A stretch of 64,000 bases of DNA from Macrostomum lignano (taxonomy: Eukaryota): the NCBI GenBank assembly GCA_002269645.1, contig NIVC01001326.1:249551-313550 (forward strand), written 5' to 3'. Positions 49,701-61,300 of the stretch are shown here, piece after piece (the first letter of the stretch is position 1; each line of letters starts with the position of its first letter). The notes beneath the pieces were generated by a model, which saw nothing but the letters and a program-made list of their open reading frames with translations, was not told where the DNA came from and searched no databases. Both the position numbers and the translations under genes were made by a program.

Positions 49701-52700
49701 TCGCTCTGGCCGACCTCGGTTTCGAACTGGAGTCACCTGCTGGCTGTCCGGCCGCCGCTCAATCGATACGTCCGCGTCCCCTGGTTGCCATGGTGCCGGA
49801 CAGGGACGCCACTAGAGCCTATCTAGCCGCCTGCGGACTATTAAACACTGGCGCTCTAGCCCTGATCGGCCCTGATCACCCGGCTCTGACTAGCGCCGAT
49901 CTGGCCGCTATTGCTAGCGCCACTCAGGCGCCAATTATCGATCTGAGACCTTCGGAATCTCTGGCCGCACCTGGCCGAGCCGACCAGCCGTCGGCCGCTC
50001 CGCCATTCCTGCTGCGTCTGCACCCGCCGCTGGAACAGCTGGCAGCCTGTCTGAGCTCCGCTATCGACTATTTCGATTGGCATGAGGCTCTCTACGTCTA
50101 CGAAGATTTACGAGCCTGGCTCAGGTTAGAAGCGGCATTGAGGCGTCGAGTTTCGCCTGAGACTCTCTACTTGCGCACTAGACGATATTCAATAGCGGCC
50201 GGGCCTGAGCCCCTACTAGCGGAGATTGAAGCCTCCGGCTGGGCCACCGTTGTGCTGGACCTGAGCCCGGCTAGCGCTGCTCATTTTCTAAGAACCGCTG
50301 CCGCGCTGGGCATGTTAGGCGGCTCCTATCACTACGTGTTGGCTAATTTAAACAGCGCCCACCTGGCCGCTGCCTACCATGGCAGCCTGTTCAATATCAC
50401 GGCGTTTAGACTGGAGCCATCGGATCGGCAGCACTACGATCGAGTGCTGGCCGGCCTTCGGGACTGGCAACGCCAACGGCAGCTTCGAGTAGGCGTTGGC
50501 GTCGGCTCGGCGTCGGATGACAGCGGCGATAGCGGCCGCCATGCGGTCAGGCCTGAGGACGAGGAATTCGGGCCGTTGGAACCGGATGGGCACCTGACTC
50601 TGGAGGTGGCGCTGGTGTACGATGCGGCTCAGGTGAGGTGGCTAGGGTATGACTGCTTTAGGGATCTTCGCTTGGATTTATTCTTTTCTTTTCTCATCTC
50701 TTCTCTCATCTCTTTTCTCATCTCTTCTCTCTACGTTTCTCATCTCTTCTCTCTTCTTTTCTCATCCCATCTCTCTTTCTTTCTTTTCTCTCTTCTCTCA
50801 TCTCTTCTCTCTTCCTTTCTTATCTCTTCTCTATTCTCTCATATCTTCTCTTTTCCTTTCTCATCTCTTCTCTCTTCTTTTCTCATTCCATCTCTCTTCC
50901 TTTCTTATCTCTTCTCTCTACGTTTCTCATCCCATCTTCTATTCTCATCTCTTTTCTATCCTTTTCTCATTTCTCACTTTTTCTAGTCTCATTCTTTATA
51001 TTTTCTTTTCTCTCCTCTTCTTTAATATCTTTTTTTCTTTCATAGTTGGCTTCTCCCTAGCTGCCTTCAGTTTCTCATTAATATTAATTTCCTAGTTGTT
51101 TCTTGCTCTCACAAAAATCTATTTTAGTTTTGAAGGACATTCCATGTACCGTTAACCCAGGTGCTGCTAAAAGCTCTGGCCGATTTGCACAGAAGCCGTC
51201 AGCTGGTTCACAATGGCGGCAACGGCAGCGGCAGCGGTGGCTCCGCTTTCTCCCGCTGCTCGGCCAGGCCCAACCAAGCCGCCAGTTCCCCGTGGCCACT
51301 AGGCGCCAGCCTGTGGAACTATCTGCACTCGGTGGACCTGCCCAGCACAGGTTTAACCGGCCCCATCCGATTCAGTCGAGGCGTTCGAGCTCCAATTGAG
51401 TCGTCGCCAGTTAACTTGTCAAGACCAGAATCGACTGGCGGACTGGTAGTGCTTCATCAGCGTCGTGACACTGGCCTTGTCCGGTTGGCCAGCTGCGACT
51501 CCGCTGGCCGCTTAAAGCTGCCCAACCGGAAGCGGCCATCTGGCCAGCAGTCAACTTCCGGCGACTTCCCTACTGGCGGCCGACTGCACGGTCGCCGCCT
51601 CCGCGCCGTGGTGGTGGCCGCCCAGCCGTTTGTGTGGATCAAGCGCGAGCACCGGTCCCGCTACCTGAGCCCGGGCGGGCACATCCTGCCCGGGGTGGAG
51701 TTTCACGCGCATCATCTGGAAGGCTTCTGCGTGGACATGATTCGATTGATTGCTAATCGAACGGGCCTGAAATGGAGTGTGTACCGATCGCCAGACGATA
51801 AATATGGTAGCTGCGTTAAACCGCCCGGCTGTCACCACAGATTAGCCAGCAACGGATCGGCTGCTCCCTGCCAATGCCAATGGAACGGCATGATGGCCGA
51901 GCTGGTGTCCGGCCGGGCCGACATCGCACTTGGCTCCTTCACCATCACCTACGAACGCGAGCGAGTGATTGATTTCACTAAGCCGTTTATGAATCTGGGT
52001 ATTAGCATATTGTTTAAACGGCCGAAAGGTGAAAAGCCAGGCTTGTTTAGCTTTCTGATGCCGTTAGCGGTTGAAGTGTGGGTGTGCGTGCTGGCGGCCT
52101 ACCTGGTTACTACCGGCATCATTAACCTGCTGGGCCGGCTGTCGCCCTACGAATGGACCAATCCGCACCCTTGCGTGGCTGACCCGCCCTACCTAGTGAA
52201 CGAACTGTCATTATCCAACGCATTCTGGTTCACAGTTGGCACCCTGATGCAGCAGGGCTCGGATATCAGTCCCCGAGCGGCTAGCAGCAGATTAGTTGGC
52301 GTCATCTGGTGGTTTTTCACCTTGATATTAATTAGCTCCTATACGGCTAATCTGGCCGCCTTTCTCACTGTCGAACTGGTGGTGATGCCGATTAAAAATG
52401 CCGAGGAGCTGTCCAACCAGACCGCTATCGAGTACGGCCTGCTCAGCGGCGGCTCAACTGAGGCATTCTTTGAGACTTCTCACATTGCCACTTATTCCCG
52501 CATGGCCAAGTACATGCGCGCCAGGCCCGGCGTGAAAACTGCCACTACTAGCGCCGGCATCGAGCGGGTGAAGAAAGGCGGCTACGCTTTCCTGATGGAA
52601 TCGGCTATGATTGAATATCACATTGAGCGGGAATGCAATCTGCAGCAGATCGGCGGCCTCATCGATAGCAAAGGCTACGGAATTGGGGTTGCTCCGAAAC

Positions 52701-55700
52701 GGGAAGAGCTTGGCGACCTGCTTACGTTGAAGATATTAGAGCTGCAGCGGGACCAGGAACTGCAGGTGAGTTCTTTATCAGTCAAAATGTCGCTTTCATT
52801 GTCGGTCAAAATGTCGCTTTCATTGTCGGTCAACATGTCGCTTTAGTTGTCGGTCAAAATGTCGTTTCAGTTGTCGGTCAAAATGTCGCTTCAGTTGTCG
52901 GTCAAAATGTCGCTTCAGTTGTCGGTCAAAATGTCGCTTTCATTGTCGGTCAAAATGTCGCTTTCATTGTCGGTCAACATGTCGCTTTAGTTGTCGGTCA
53001 AAATGTCGTTTCAGTTGTCGGTCAAAATGTCGCTTCAGTTGTCGGTCAAAATGTCGCTTCAGTTGTCGGTCAAAATGTCGCTTCAGTTGTCGGTCAAAAT
53101 GTCGCTTCAGTTGTCGGTCAAAATGTCGCTTTAATTGTCGGTCAAAATGTCGCTTTTTTTGTCGGTCAAAATGTCGCTTTTATTGTCGGTCAACATGTCG
53201 CTTTAGTTGTCGGTCAAAATGTCGCTTTAATTGTCGGTCAAAATGTCGCTTTTATTGTCGGTTAACATGTCGCCTTTATTGTCGGTCAACATGTCGTTTC
53301 AGTTGTCGGTCAAAATGTCGTTTCATTTGTCGGTCAAAATGTCGCTTCAAATTGTCCATCAAAATGTCGTTTCAGTCTTCAGTCAAAATATCGCTTCAAA
53401 CTGTCCGTCAAAATGTCGCTTTAGTTGTTGGTAAAATGTCGCTTTAATTGTCGGTCAAAAATGTCGCTTCAGTTGTCGGTCAAAATGTCGCTTTAATTGT
53501 CAGTCAAAATGTCGCTTTAGTTGTCGGTCAAAATGTTGCTTTAATTGTCAGTCAAAATGTCGCTTTTATTGTCGGTCAAAATGTCGCTTTTATTGTCGGT
53601 CAAAATGTCGTTTCATTTGTCGGTCAAAATGTCGCTTCAAATTGTCCATCAAAATGTCGTTTCAGTCTTCAGTCAAAATATCGCTTCAAACTGTCCGTCA
53701 AAATGTCGCTTTAGTTGTTGGTAAAATGTCGCTTTAATTGTCAATCAAAAATGTCGCTTCAGTTGTCGGTCAAAATGTCGCTTTAATTGTCGGTCAAAAT
53801 GTCTCTTTTATTGTCGGTCAAAATGTCGTTTCAGTTGTCCGTCAAAATGTCGCTTCAGTTGTTGGTAAAAATGTCGCTTCAGTTGTTGGTAAAAATGTCA
53901 CCTCAGTTGTTGGTCAAAAATGTCGCTTCAGTTGTCGGTCAAAATGTCGCTTTTATTGTTTCAAAATGTCGCTTCAGTTGTCGGTCAAAATGTCGCTTCA
54001 GTTGTCGGTCAAAGTGTCGCTTCAGTTTTCGTTCAAGATGTCGTTTCAGTCTTCGGTCAAAATATCTCTTTAAATTGTCCGTCAAAATGTCGCTTTAGTT
54101 GTTGGTGAAAATGTCGCTTTAATTGTCGGTCAGAAATGTCGCTTCAGTTGTCGGTCAAAATGTCGCTTTTATTGTCGTTCAAAATGTCGGTTCAGTTGTG
54201 TACGGTCAAAATGTACGGTCGAAATGTCGCTTGAAAGTTTTTGCTATATTGAGGATTGTCGTTTAGAAAAATCGCTATCGCTTAAACTGCCGCTGATCCC
54301 CGTATCCCGCAGACACTAAAGAACAAATGGTGGAAGGACACGGGCATCTGCGGCGGCCAAGACTCGCAGCAGTCGAAGAATGCCAATCCACTCGACATGC
54401 AGAGCATCGGCGGCATTTTCCTAGTGCTGGTGGGCGGCATCATCGTGTCGACTTTAGTGGCCATCGTTGAATTCACTTGGCACTGGCGGAAGATTCGTCA
54501 ATCTGGTCAAGTTATCGGCGCCGCCGACCTCTGCAGCCGGATGTGCCAGGAGGCCAAGTTCTCCTTGAACTGCTTCGGCTCCAGCGAGAAGCCGCAGCCT
54601 CAGCGTGCATGCAGCGAGCCGTGCTGCGAGATGCCTCTTCTAGCGTCGCCTCATCATCAGCTGCCGCAATATCAGCACGTGCCGCCTCCGCCGCCGCCGC
54701 CGGTGCCGCCACGGCAAGGTTCCTCCTTGTCGCCAAATCCAGCTCGCTACTTCCGGCCTCTGGACATTGGCGGCGGCGGCGGCGGGTGGCCGGAGTTTGA
54801 CTTCTGACTTCTTTTGGTTGTTGCGGATATCTGCTGTGTGTGGGATGGGACTGCGGATATCTGCTGTGTGTGGGATGGGACTGCGGATATCTGCTGTGTG
54901 TGGGATGGGACTGCGGATATCTGCTGTGTGTGGGATGGGACTGCGGATATCTGCTGTGTGTGGGATGGGACTGCGGATATCTGCTGTGTGTGGGATGGGA
55001 CTGCGGATATCTGCTGTGTGTGTGGGATGGGACTGCGGATATCTGCTGTGTGTGGGATGGGACTTCCCTATATCGAAAATTCACTATAGCTTCTTAAATA
55101 CAGATTTACGGTAGAACGTGTAAAATTATTTATATATTTCGTCTTTTTTTGCTTTATAATTGCAAATTTATATTCCCTAGCCTTTTATATTACTATAAGT
55201 AGTTCTCGCACGCAAGCACATTTATACTGCTTATCAACTCCTTTTTAAATACATTTCTCACAGTTTGACGACGAAGACGAGGAAGAGGAGGTGCGCAGTG
55301 AAAAAAATTGATGCCAATTAAAGTGCAACATGTTCCTTTGGCTTTGTTGCTATATTGTTGAGTTTGGACTTTACAGCTTTAATTGTTTTTTTGTTAAAAT
55401 GTTCCAGCTTACGTTTTTCAAATTTGTTTTATTCTTTTATCTCTAAAAATCATTTATTTTCTTTTCAAACATTGTGTCAGGATGACGACGGAGACAACGA
55501 AGTGAACGACTTTGATGAAGAAGAGGCTGCACAGCAGGTGGGTGATTTTCTGTGTACAGCTGACAGGTGGGTAATGGGAGTGTCTGTGTACAGCTGACAG
55601 GCGGGTGATAGGAGTGTCTGTGTACAGCTGACAGGTGGGTGATGGGTGATGGGAGTGTCTGTGTACAGCTGACAGGTGGGTAATGGGAGTGTCTGTGTAC

Positions 55701-56939
55701 AGCTGACAGGTGGGTAATGGGAGTGTCTGTGTACAGCTGACAGGTGGGTGATAGGAGTGTCTGTGTACAGCTGACAGGTGGGTAATGGGAGTGTCTGTGT
55801 ACAGCTGACAGGTGGGTGATAGGAGTGTCTGTGTACAGCTGACAGGTGGGTAATGGGAGTGTCTGTGTACAGCTGACAGGTGGGTAATGGGAGTGTCTGT
55901 GTACAGCTGACAGGTGGGTGATAGGAGTGTCTGTGTACAGCTGACAGGTGGGTGATGGGAGTGTCTGTGTACAGCTGACAGGTGGGTGATGGGAGTGTCT
56001 GTGTACAGCTGACAGGTGGGTAATGGGAGTGTCTGTGTACAGCTGACAGGTGGGTAATGGGAGTGTCTGTGTACAGCTGACAGGTGGGTAATGGGAGTGT
56101 CTGTGTACAGCTGACAGGTGGGTGATAGGAGTGTCTGTGTACAGCTGACAGGTGGGTGATGGGTGATGGGAGTGTCTGTGTACAGCTGACAGGTGGGTAA
56201 TGGGAGTGTCTGTGTACAGCTGACAGGTGGGTGATAGGAGTGTCTGTGTACAGCTGACAGGTGGGTAATGGGAGTGTCTGTGTACAGCTGACAGGTGGGT
56301 GATAGGAGTGTCTGTGTACAGCTGACAGGTGGGTAATGGGAGTGTCTGTGTACAGCTGACAGGTGGGTGATAGGAGTGTCTGTGTACAGCTGACAGGTGG
56401 GTGATAGGAGTGTCTGTGTACAGCTGACAGGTGGGTGATAGGAGTGTCTGTGTACAGCTGACAGGTGGGTAATGGGAGTGTCTGTGTACAGCTGACAGGT
56501 GGGTGATGGAGTGTCTGTGTACAGCTGACAGGTGGGTAATGGGAGTGTCTGTGTACAGCTGACAGGTGGGTAATGGGAGTGTCTGTGTACAGCTGACAGG
56601 TGGGTGATGGGAGTGTCTGTGTACAGCTGACAGGTGGGTGATGGGAGTGTCTGTGTACAGCTGACAGGTGGGTGATGGGAGTGTCTGTGTACAGCTGACA
56701 GGTGGGTGATAGGAGTGTCTGTGTACAGCTGACAGGTGGGTGATAGGAGTGTCTGTGTACAGCTGACAGGTGGGTGATGGAGTGTCTGTGTACAGCTGAC
56801 AGGTGGGTGATGGGAGTGTCTGTGTACAGCTGACAGGTGGGTGATAGGAGTGTCTGTGTACAGCTGACAGGTGGGTGAGGTTAGAGTCTGAACACTTCCT
56901 TTATCATTACTGCTCGTTGATTTTTAGGCTCGCCACTAA
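42936..56939 (+). CDS. NAP1L1: Nucleosome assembly protein 1 family (about 374 aa). Exons 42936-42975, 43089-43209, 47315-48039, 48422-48444, 48703-48822, 55264-55290, 55481-55537 and probably 56928-56939 (terminal exon uncertain)
   Basis: LPESMKRRVRALKKLQ, LEMKYASVH, IVKGEYEPT, GLPGFWLTVLKN, HDEPILKHLTDI, FTLEFHFSQNEYFSNSVLTKQY, GCDIQWCKGKNVT, DSFFNFFNPP, DFEIGHFIRERIVSRAVLCFTGE, then short acidic-tail exons. Phases are consistent. The paralog assignment (NAP1L1/L4) cannot be resolved here. Confidence 0.9.
43345..44800 (+). repeat. 21-bp minisatellite (tccatacagatagaaatggca), NAP1 intron 2
   Basis: Direct reading. Confidence 0.95.
45355..46738 (+). repeat. About 1.4 kb of (TTAG)n microsatellite, NAP1 intron 2
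   Basis: Direct reading. Confidence 0.97.
46862..47025 (+). mobile_element. Dispersed repeat copy 3 (may extend 5' to about 46740, with a B-box-like GGTTCGATTT at about 46801)
   Basis: Similar to 2832-3030 and to 1775-2119 (reverse). Confidence 0.65.
49547..54807 (+). CDS. Ionotropic glutamate receptor, kainate-like (1061 aa), nested in NAP1 intron 48823-55263. Exons 49547-50632, 51161-52765, 54313-54807
   Basis: Signal peptide and ATD; EGFCVDMI, DDKYG, WNGMMAEL, ADIALGSFTITYERERVIDFTKPFMNLGISIL; M2 FWFTVGTLMQQGSD; M3 SYTANLAAFLT; GSTEAFF, FLMESAMIEY, DSKGYGIG, LQ|TLKNKWW; M4 IGGIFLVLVGG. Phases are all 0 and total 3186 nt. Confidence 0.93.
50690..51050 (+). repeat. CT-rich low-complexity tract, iGluR intron 1
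   Basis: Direct reading. Confidence 0.85.
52778..54235 (+). repeat. 24-bp minisatellite (gtcggtcaaaatgtcgcttcagtt), iGluR intron 2
   Basis: Direct reading. Confidence 0.95.
54822..55062 (+). repeat. 30-bp minisatellite just after the iGluR stop codon (gcggatatctgctgtgtgtgggatgggact)
   Basis: Direct reading. Confidence 0.95.
55538..56877 (+). repeat. 34-bp array with CAG|GTGGG in every unit, starting at a NAP1 donor
   Basis: Unit gtgggtaatgggagtgtctgtgtacagctgacag, about 39 copies. Confidence 0.95.
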
Positions 56940-57682
56940 AATGCTTTGACTCGACTAGTGCAACCTTCTAGTGAGTACTTGCTTTGTTTATATTGGGGTG
57001 AGATTTTGCATTGAGTTGTTCTTGGTGCTCACTGCAGCCAGACGTTTTTAAACTCTCTCATTTTTCAGACGGCCTTCCAACCGTGACAACTGCCAGCTGT
57101 GCAATAATAATTTCTATTGAAGAACAGCAACTGACAAGATATAAGCTATTGGTTTCATTTTTAATCAATTTTAAGATTGATTAGCAAAACAACTTTTGTA
57201 TAGATTGAATTTATTAATGAATTTGTGCACCTTTATAACCGCTATTAAAATACTACTCTTAGTAGCGCATCCGCGTGTCCTTTTTATTATTGTCTTTCTA
57301 ATTTTATTTATTTAGACAGCGGTGACAGAGTTCAGTTTTTGGAAGCTGTGTTGTTTTTTAATTGTATTAACGCAATTGTAATTTTATTATTTTGCCCGAA
57401 ACTGCTCACTCTAATTTTGTACTCAATGCAAACTTCTACCCAGCACCTTTTTTATTCGGCGGCAAGCATGCTAGTTAGCAATTCATTAATACTTTGCCTA
57501 CCTAATCCCCAAGCTTAGTGGTGCTTGAGCTGAATAAATAAGCTATAGATATCAGTGATTAATTAGCACTTATTTGGCTCCCGTTTTATTTTTATTTGTT
57601 GAACTTTTTTTACAATTTTAGCGTTAACTATATAGCGTTTGCTTGTCATCATAAGCCTTCAGATACTCGATTTGAACTGAAA

Positions 57683-58298
57683 CCCTCCCAGATCCTCAGT
57701 TGCTGGGCCAGCCTCCCAGATCCTCAGTTGCTGGGCCAGCCTCCCAGATCCTCAGTTGCTGGGCCAGCCTCCCAGATCCTCAGTTGCTGGGCCAGCCTCC
57801 CAGATCCTCAGTTGCTGGGCCAGCCTCCCAGATCCTCAGTTGCTAGGCCAGCCTCCCAGATCCTCAGTTGCTAGGCCAGCCTCCCAGATCCTCAGTTGCT
57901 GGGCCACCCTCCCAGATCCTCAGTTGCTGGGCCAGCCTCCCAGAGTGTCAGTTGCTGGGCCAGCCTCCCAGATCCTCAGTTGCTGTGCCAGCCTCCCAGA
58001 TCCTCAGTTACTGGGCCAGCCTCCCAGATCCTCAGTTGCTGTGCCAGCCTCCCAGAGTGTCAGTTGCTGGGCCAGCCTCCCAGATCCTCAGTTGCTGTGC
58101 CAGCCTCCCAGATCCTCAGTTACTGGGCCAGCCTCCCAGATCCTCAGTTGCTGTGCCAGCCTCCCAGAGTGTCAGTTGCTGGGCCAGCCTCCCAGATCCT
58201 CAGTTACTGGGCCAGCCTCCCAGAGTGTCAGTTGCTGGGCCAGCCTCCCAGATCCTCAGTTGCTGGGCCAGCCTTCCAGATCCTCAGTTGCTGGGCCA
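57683..58298 (+). repeat. 28-bp minisatellite (ccagatcctcagttgctgggccagcctc) upstream of ANAPC4
   Basis: Direct reading. Confidence 0.95.
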
Positions 58299-58362
58299 CC
58301 GCTACCCCCTCATATTCGCCGACTCAGACACAGCCCAACCAATCCTCAGCAAGCGGACCAAG

Positions 58363-61300
58363 ATGCACAGCAGCGACAGTCTGCCCGAGTACTCGTTCCG
58401 CGCCAGCTCGGACAAGAGCCTCCCCAATCATCGCATTCGCCTGATGCGGGCCTCACCTCGCATGGATCTGCTGCTCCTGGCCGCTGATAATGGCGACGTT
58501 CTGCTGTTCCGCTGGGGCTGGGAGCGCGTCTGGTTGGTGAACCGGCCGAGGGACCTGCCGGCGCCGCCTCCTGAGCAGGCCGCTGAGAATGCTGGGGAGT
58601 CCTGCTGCTCACCCGTGACCTGCATCGACTGGCGACCCGATGGACAGGTGGCTCTGGTGGCCTACAGGTGAGGCCTGGGATTCTGGTGTGACCTACAGGT
58701 GAGGCCTGGGATTCTGGTGTGGCCTAGAGGTGAGGCCTGGGATTCTGGTGTGGCCTACAGGTGAGGCCTGGGATTCTGGTGTGGCCTAGAGGTGAGGCCT
58801 GGGATTCTGGTGTGGCCTACAGGTGAGGCCTGGGATTCTGGTGTGGCCTAGAGGTGAGGCCTGGGATTCTGGTGTGGCCTACAGGTGAGGCCTGGGATTC
58901 TGGTGTGGCCTAGAGGTGAGGCCTGGGATTCTGGTGTGGCCTACAGGTGAGGCCTGGGATTCTGGTGTGGCCTACAGGTGAGGCCTGGGATTCTAGTGTG
59001 GCCTACAGGTGAGGCCTGGGATTCTGGTGTGGCCTACAGGTGAGGCCTTGTTGCAGATTGAGCAATGCGGAACCAACCCAACTCCAAGCCAGCTGCCATT
59101 TCTTCTTGAACCCAGCGACGGACGGCTGCGGCACCTCAGCCTGGAGGATGGCAGCGTGCTGCACGAGGACTGGCTGACCCGCCGGCAGGACCAGCGGGCT
59201 GGCGACTCAGCCAACGAGGGCCCGGCGCTGTGCAGCCACTGGGCCCTGCTGGCAAATCGACAGTTCACCGAGCCGTGGACTCGGGCTGGCGAGGCTCTGC
59301 CGGTCTTTGCCGACCTGCTCGGCGGTGCATCGTCCGGCGCTTCGTCATCGTCTTCGACGTCGACAACTGGCGGCGGCGGCGTCGTCGACTGGACGGCATC
59401 GCGTCGAATCGAGCGTCAGCTGAGCCTGCTGGCAGTGGCCAGCCGCCTGTGGATTCACCTGCTAGCCTACGGCATCTGCCGGCTGTGCCGACTGTCGCTT
59501 GACCAGCTGTGCCCCGGCGCCTGGTGTCCGGAGCAGTACCGGCCAGTGTCTGTGCTGGTGTCGGACAATCTGGCCAGGGTTAGCTTGCTGGCTAGCCGGG
59601 AGGGCCGGCAGCAGGCCGTGCTGCAGTTCGACACGGGCCTGGCCGAGGCGGGACGCTACGAGAGAGTCAGGCGGGTGGCGCTGACCGTGGTGCAGCTGAC
59701 CCAGCTGACTGCCGGACTGCGGCGCTGTCTGAAGGAGATGACCGAGTGCTGGGAGGACTCGGTTAGTGCTGGGTTGGGAAGGGGAGCAAATTTAACCTCG
59801 AGTTCGAGACCTCGCTTTACTAATCATCCAAGTTTTTGGATTCTGCGTCTCTGAAGCAATTTTTTTATAATTCCAGATCCCCAGGTTGTTCTTCTGAAAA
59901 CAAGGTTAATAATATCCTTTGAATCCTAGGTAATCTTTCGTGCCCTTGGTTAATCCTCCCAATCCTTGGTTAATCCTTCCAATCCTTGGTTAATCCTTCC
60001 AATCCTTGGTTAATCCCTCTAATCCTTGGTTAATCCCTCTAATCCTTGATTAATCCCTCTAATCCTTGGTTAATCCTTCCAATCCTTGGATAATCCCTCT
60101 AATCCTTGGTTAATCCTTCCAATCCTTGGTTAATCCCTCCAATCCTTGGTTAATCCTCCTAATCCTTGGTTAATCCCTCTAATCCTTGATTAATCCTTCC
60201 AATCCTTGGTTAATCCCTCTAATCCTTGGTTAATCCTTCTAATCCTTGGTTAATCCCTCTAATCCTTGATTAATCCTTCCAATCCTTGGTTAATCCTTCC
60301 AATCCTTGGTTAATTCTTCCAATCATTCGTTAATCCCTCTAATCCTTGGTTAATCCTTCGAATCCTTGGATAATCCCTCTAATCCTTGGTTAATCCTCCT
60401 AATCCTTGGTTAATCCCTCTAATCCTTGGTTAATCCTTCCAATCCTTGGTTAATCCCTCTAATCCTTGATTAATCCTTCCAATCCTTGGTTAATCCTTCC
60501 AATCCTTGGTTAATTCTTCCAATCATTCGTTAATCCCTCTAATCCTTGGTTAATCCTTCGAATCCTTGGATAATCCCTCTAATCCTTAATTAATCCTTCC
60601 AATCCTTGGTTAATCCCTCTAATCCTTGATTAATCCTTCCAATCCTTGATTAATCCCTCTAATCCTTGGTTAATCCTTCCAATCCTTGGTTAATCCCTCT
60701 AATCCTTGATTAATCCTTCCAATCCTTGGTTAATCCTTCCAATCCTTGGTTAATTCTTCCAATCATTCGTTAATCCCTCTAATCCTTGGTTAATCCTTCG
60801 AATCCTTGGATAATCCCTCTAATCCTTAATTAATCCTTCCAATCCTTGGTTAATCCCTCTAATCCTTGATTAATCCTTCCAATCCTTGGTTAATCCCTCT
60901 AATCCTTGATTAATCCTTCCAATCCTTGGTTAATCCTTCCAATCCTTGGTTAATCCCTCTAATCCTTGGTTAATCCTTCGAATCCTTGGATAATCCCTCT
61001 AATCCTTGATTAATCCTTCCAATCCTTGGTTAATCCCTCTAATCCTTGATTAATCCTTCCAATCCTTGGTTAATCCCTCTAATCCTTGGTTAATCCTTCC
61101 AATCCTTGGTTAATCCTTCTAATCCTTGGTTAATCCTTCTTATCATTGGTTAATCATCATAATCCCAGATCCCCAACTAAACCAAAAGCTCCAAACCCAA
61201 ACGCTCAGGTGCACGAGCTGGACCAAAAGTTCGCCGACTACAGCAAAGACAGAGACGAATACGCATTGGCAATGGGCGAACCGGAGTGGCAGCTGCGCAC

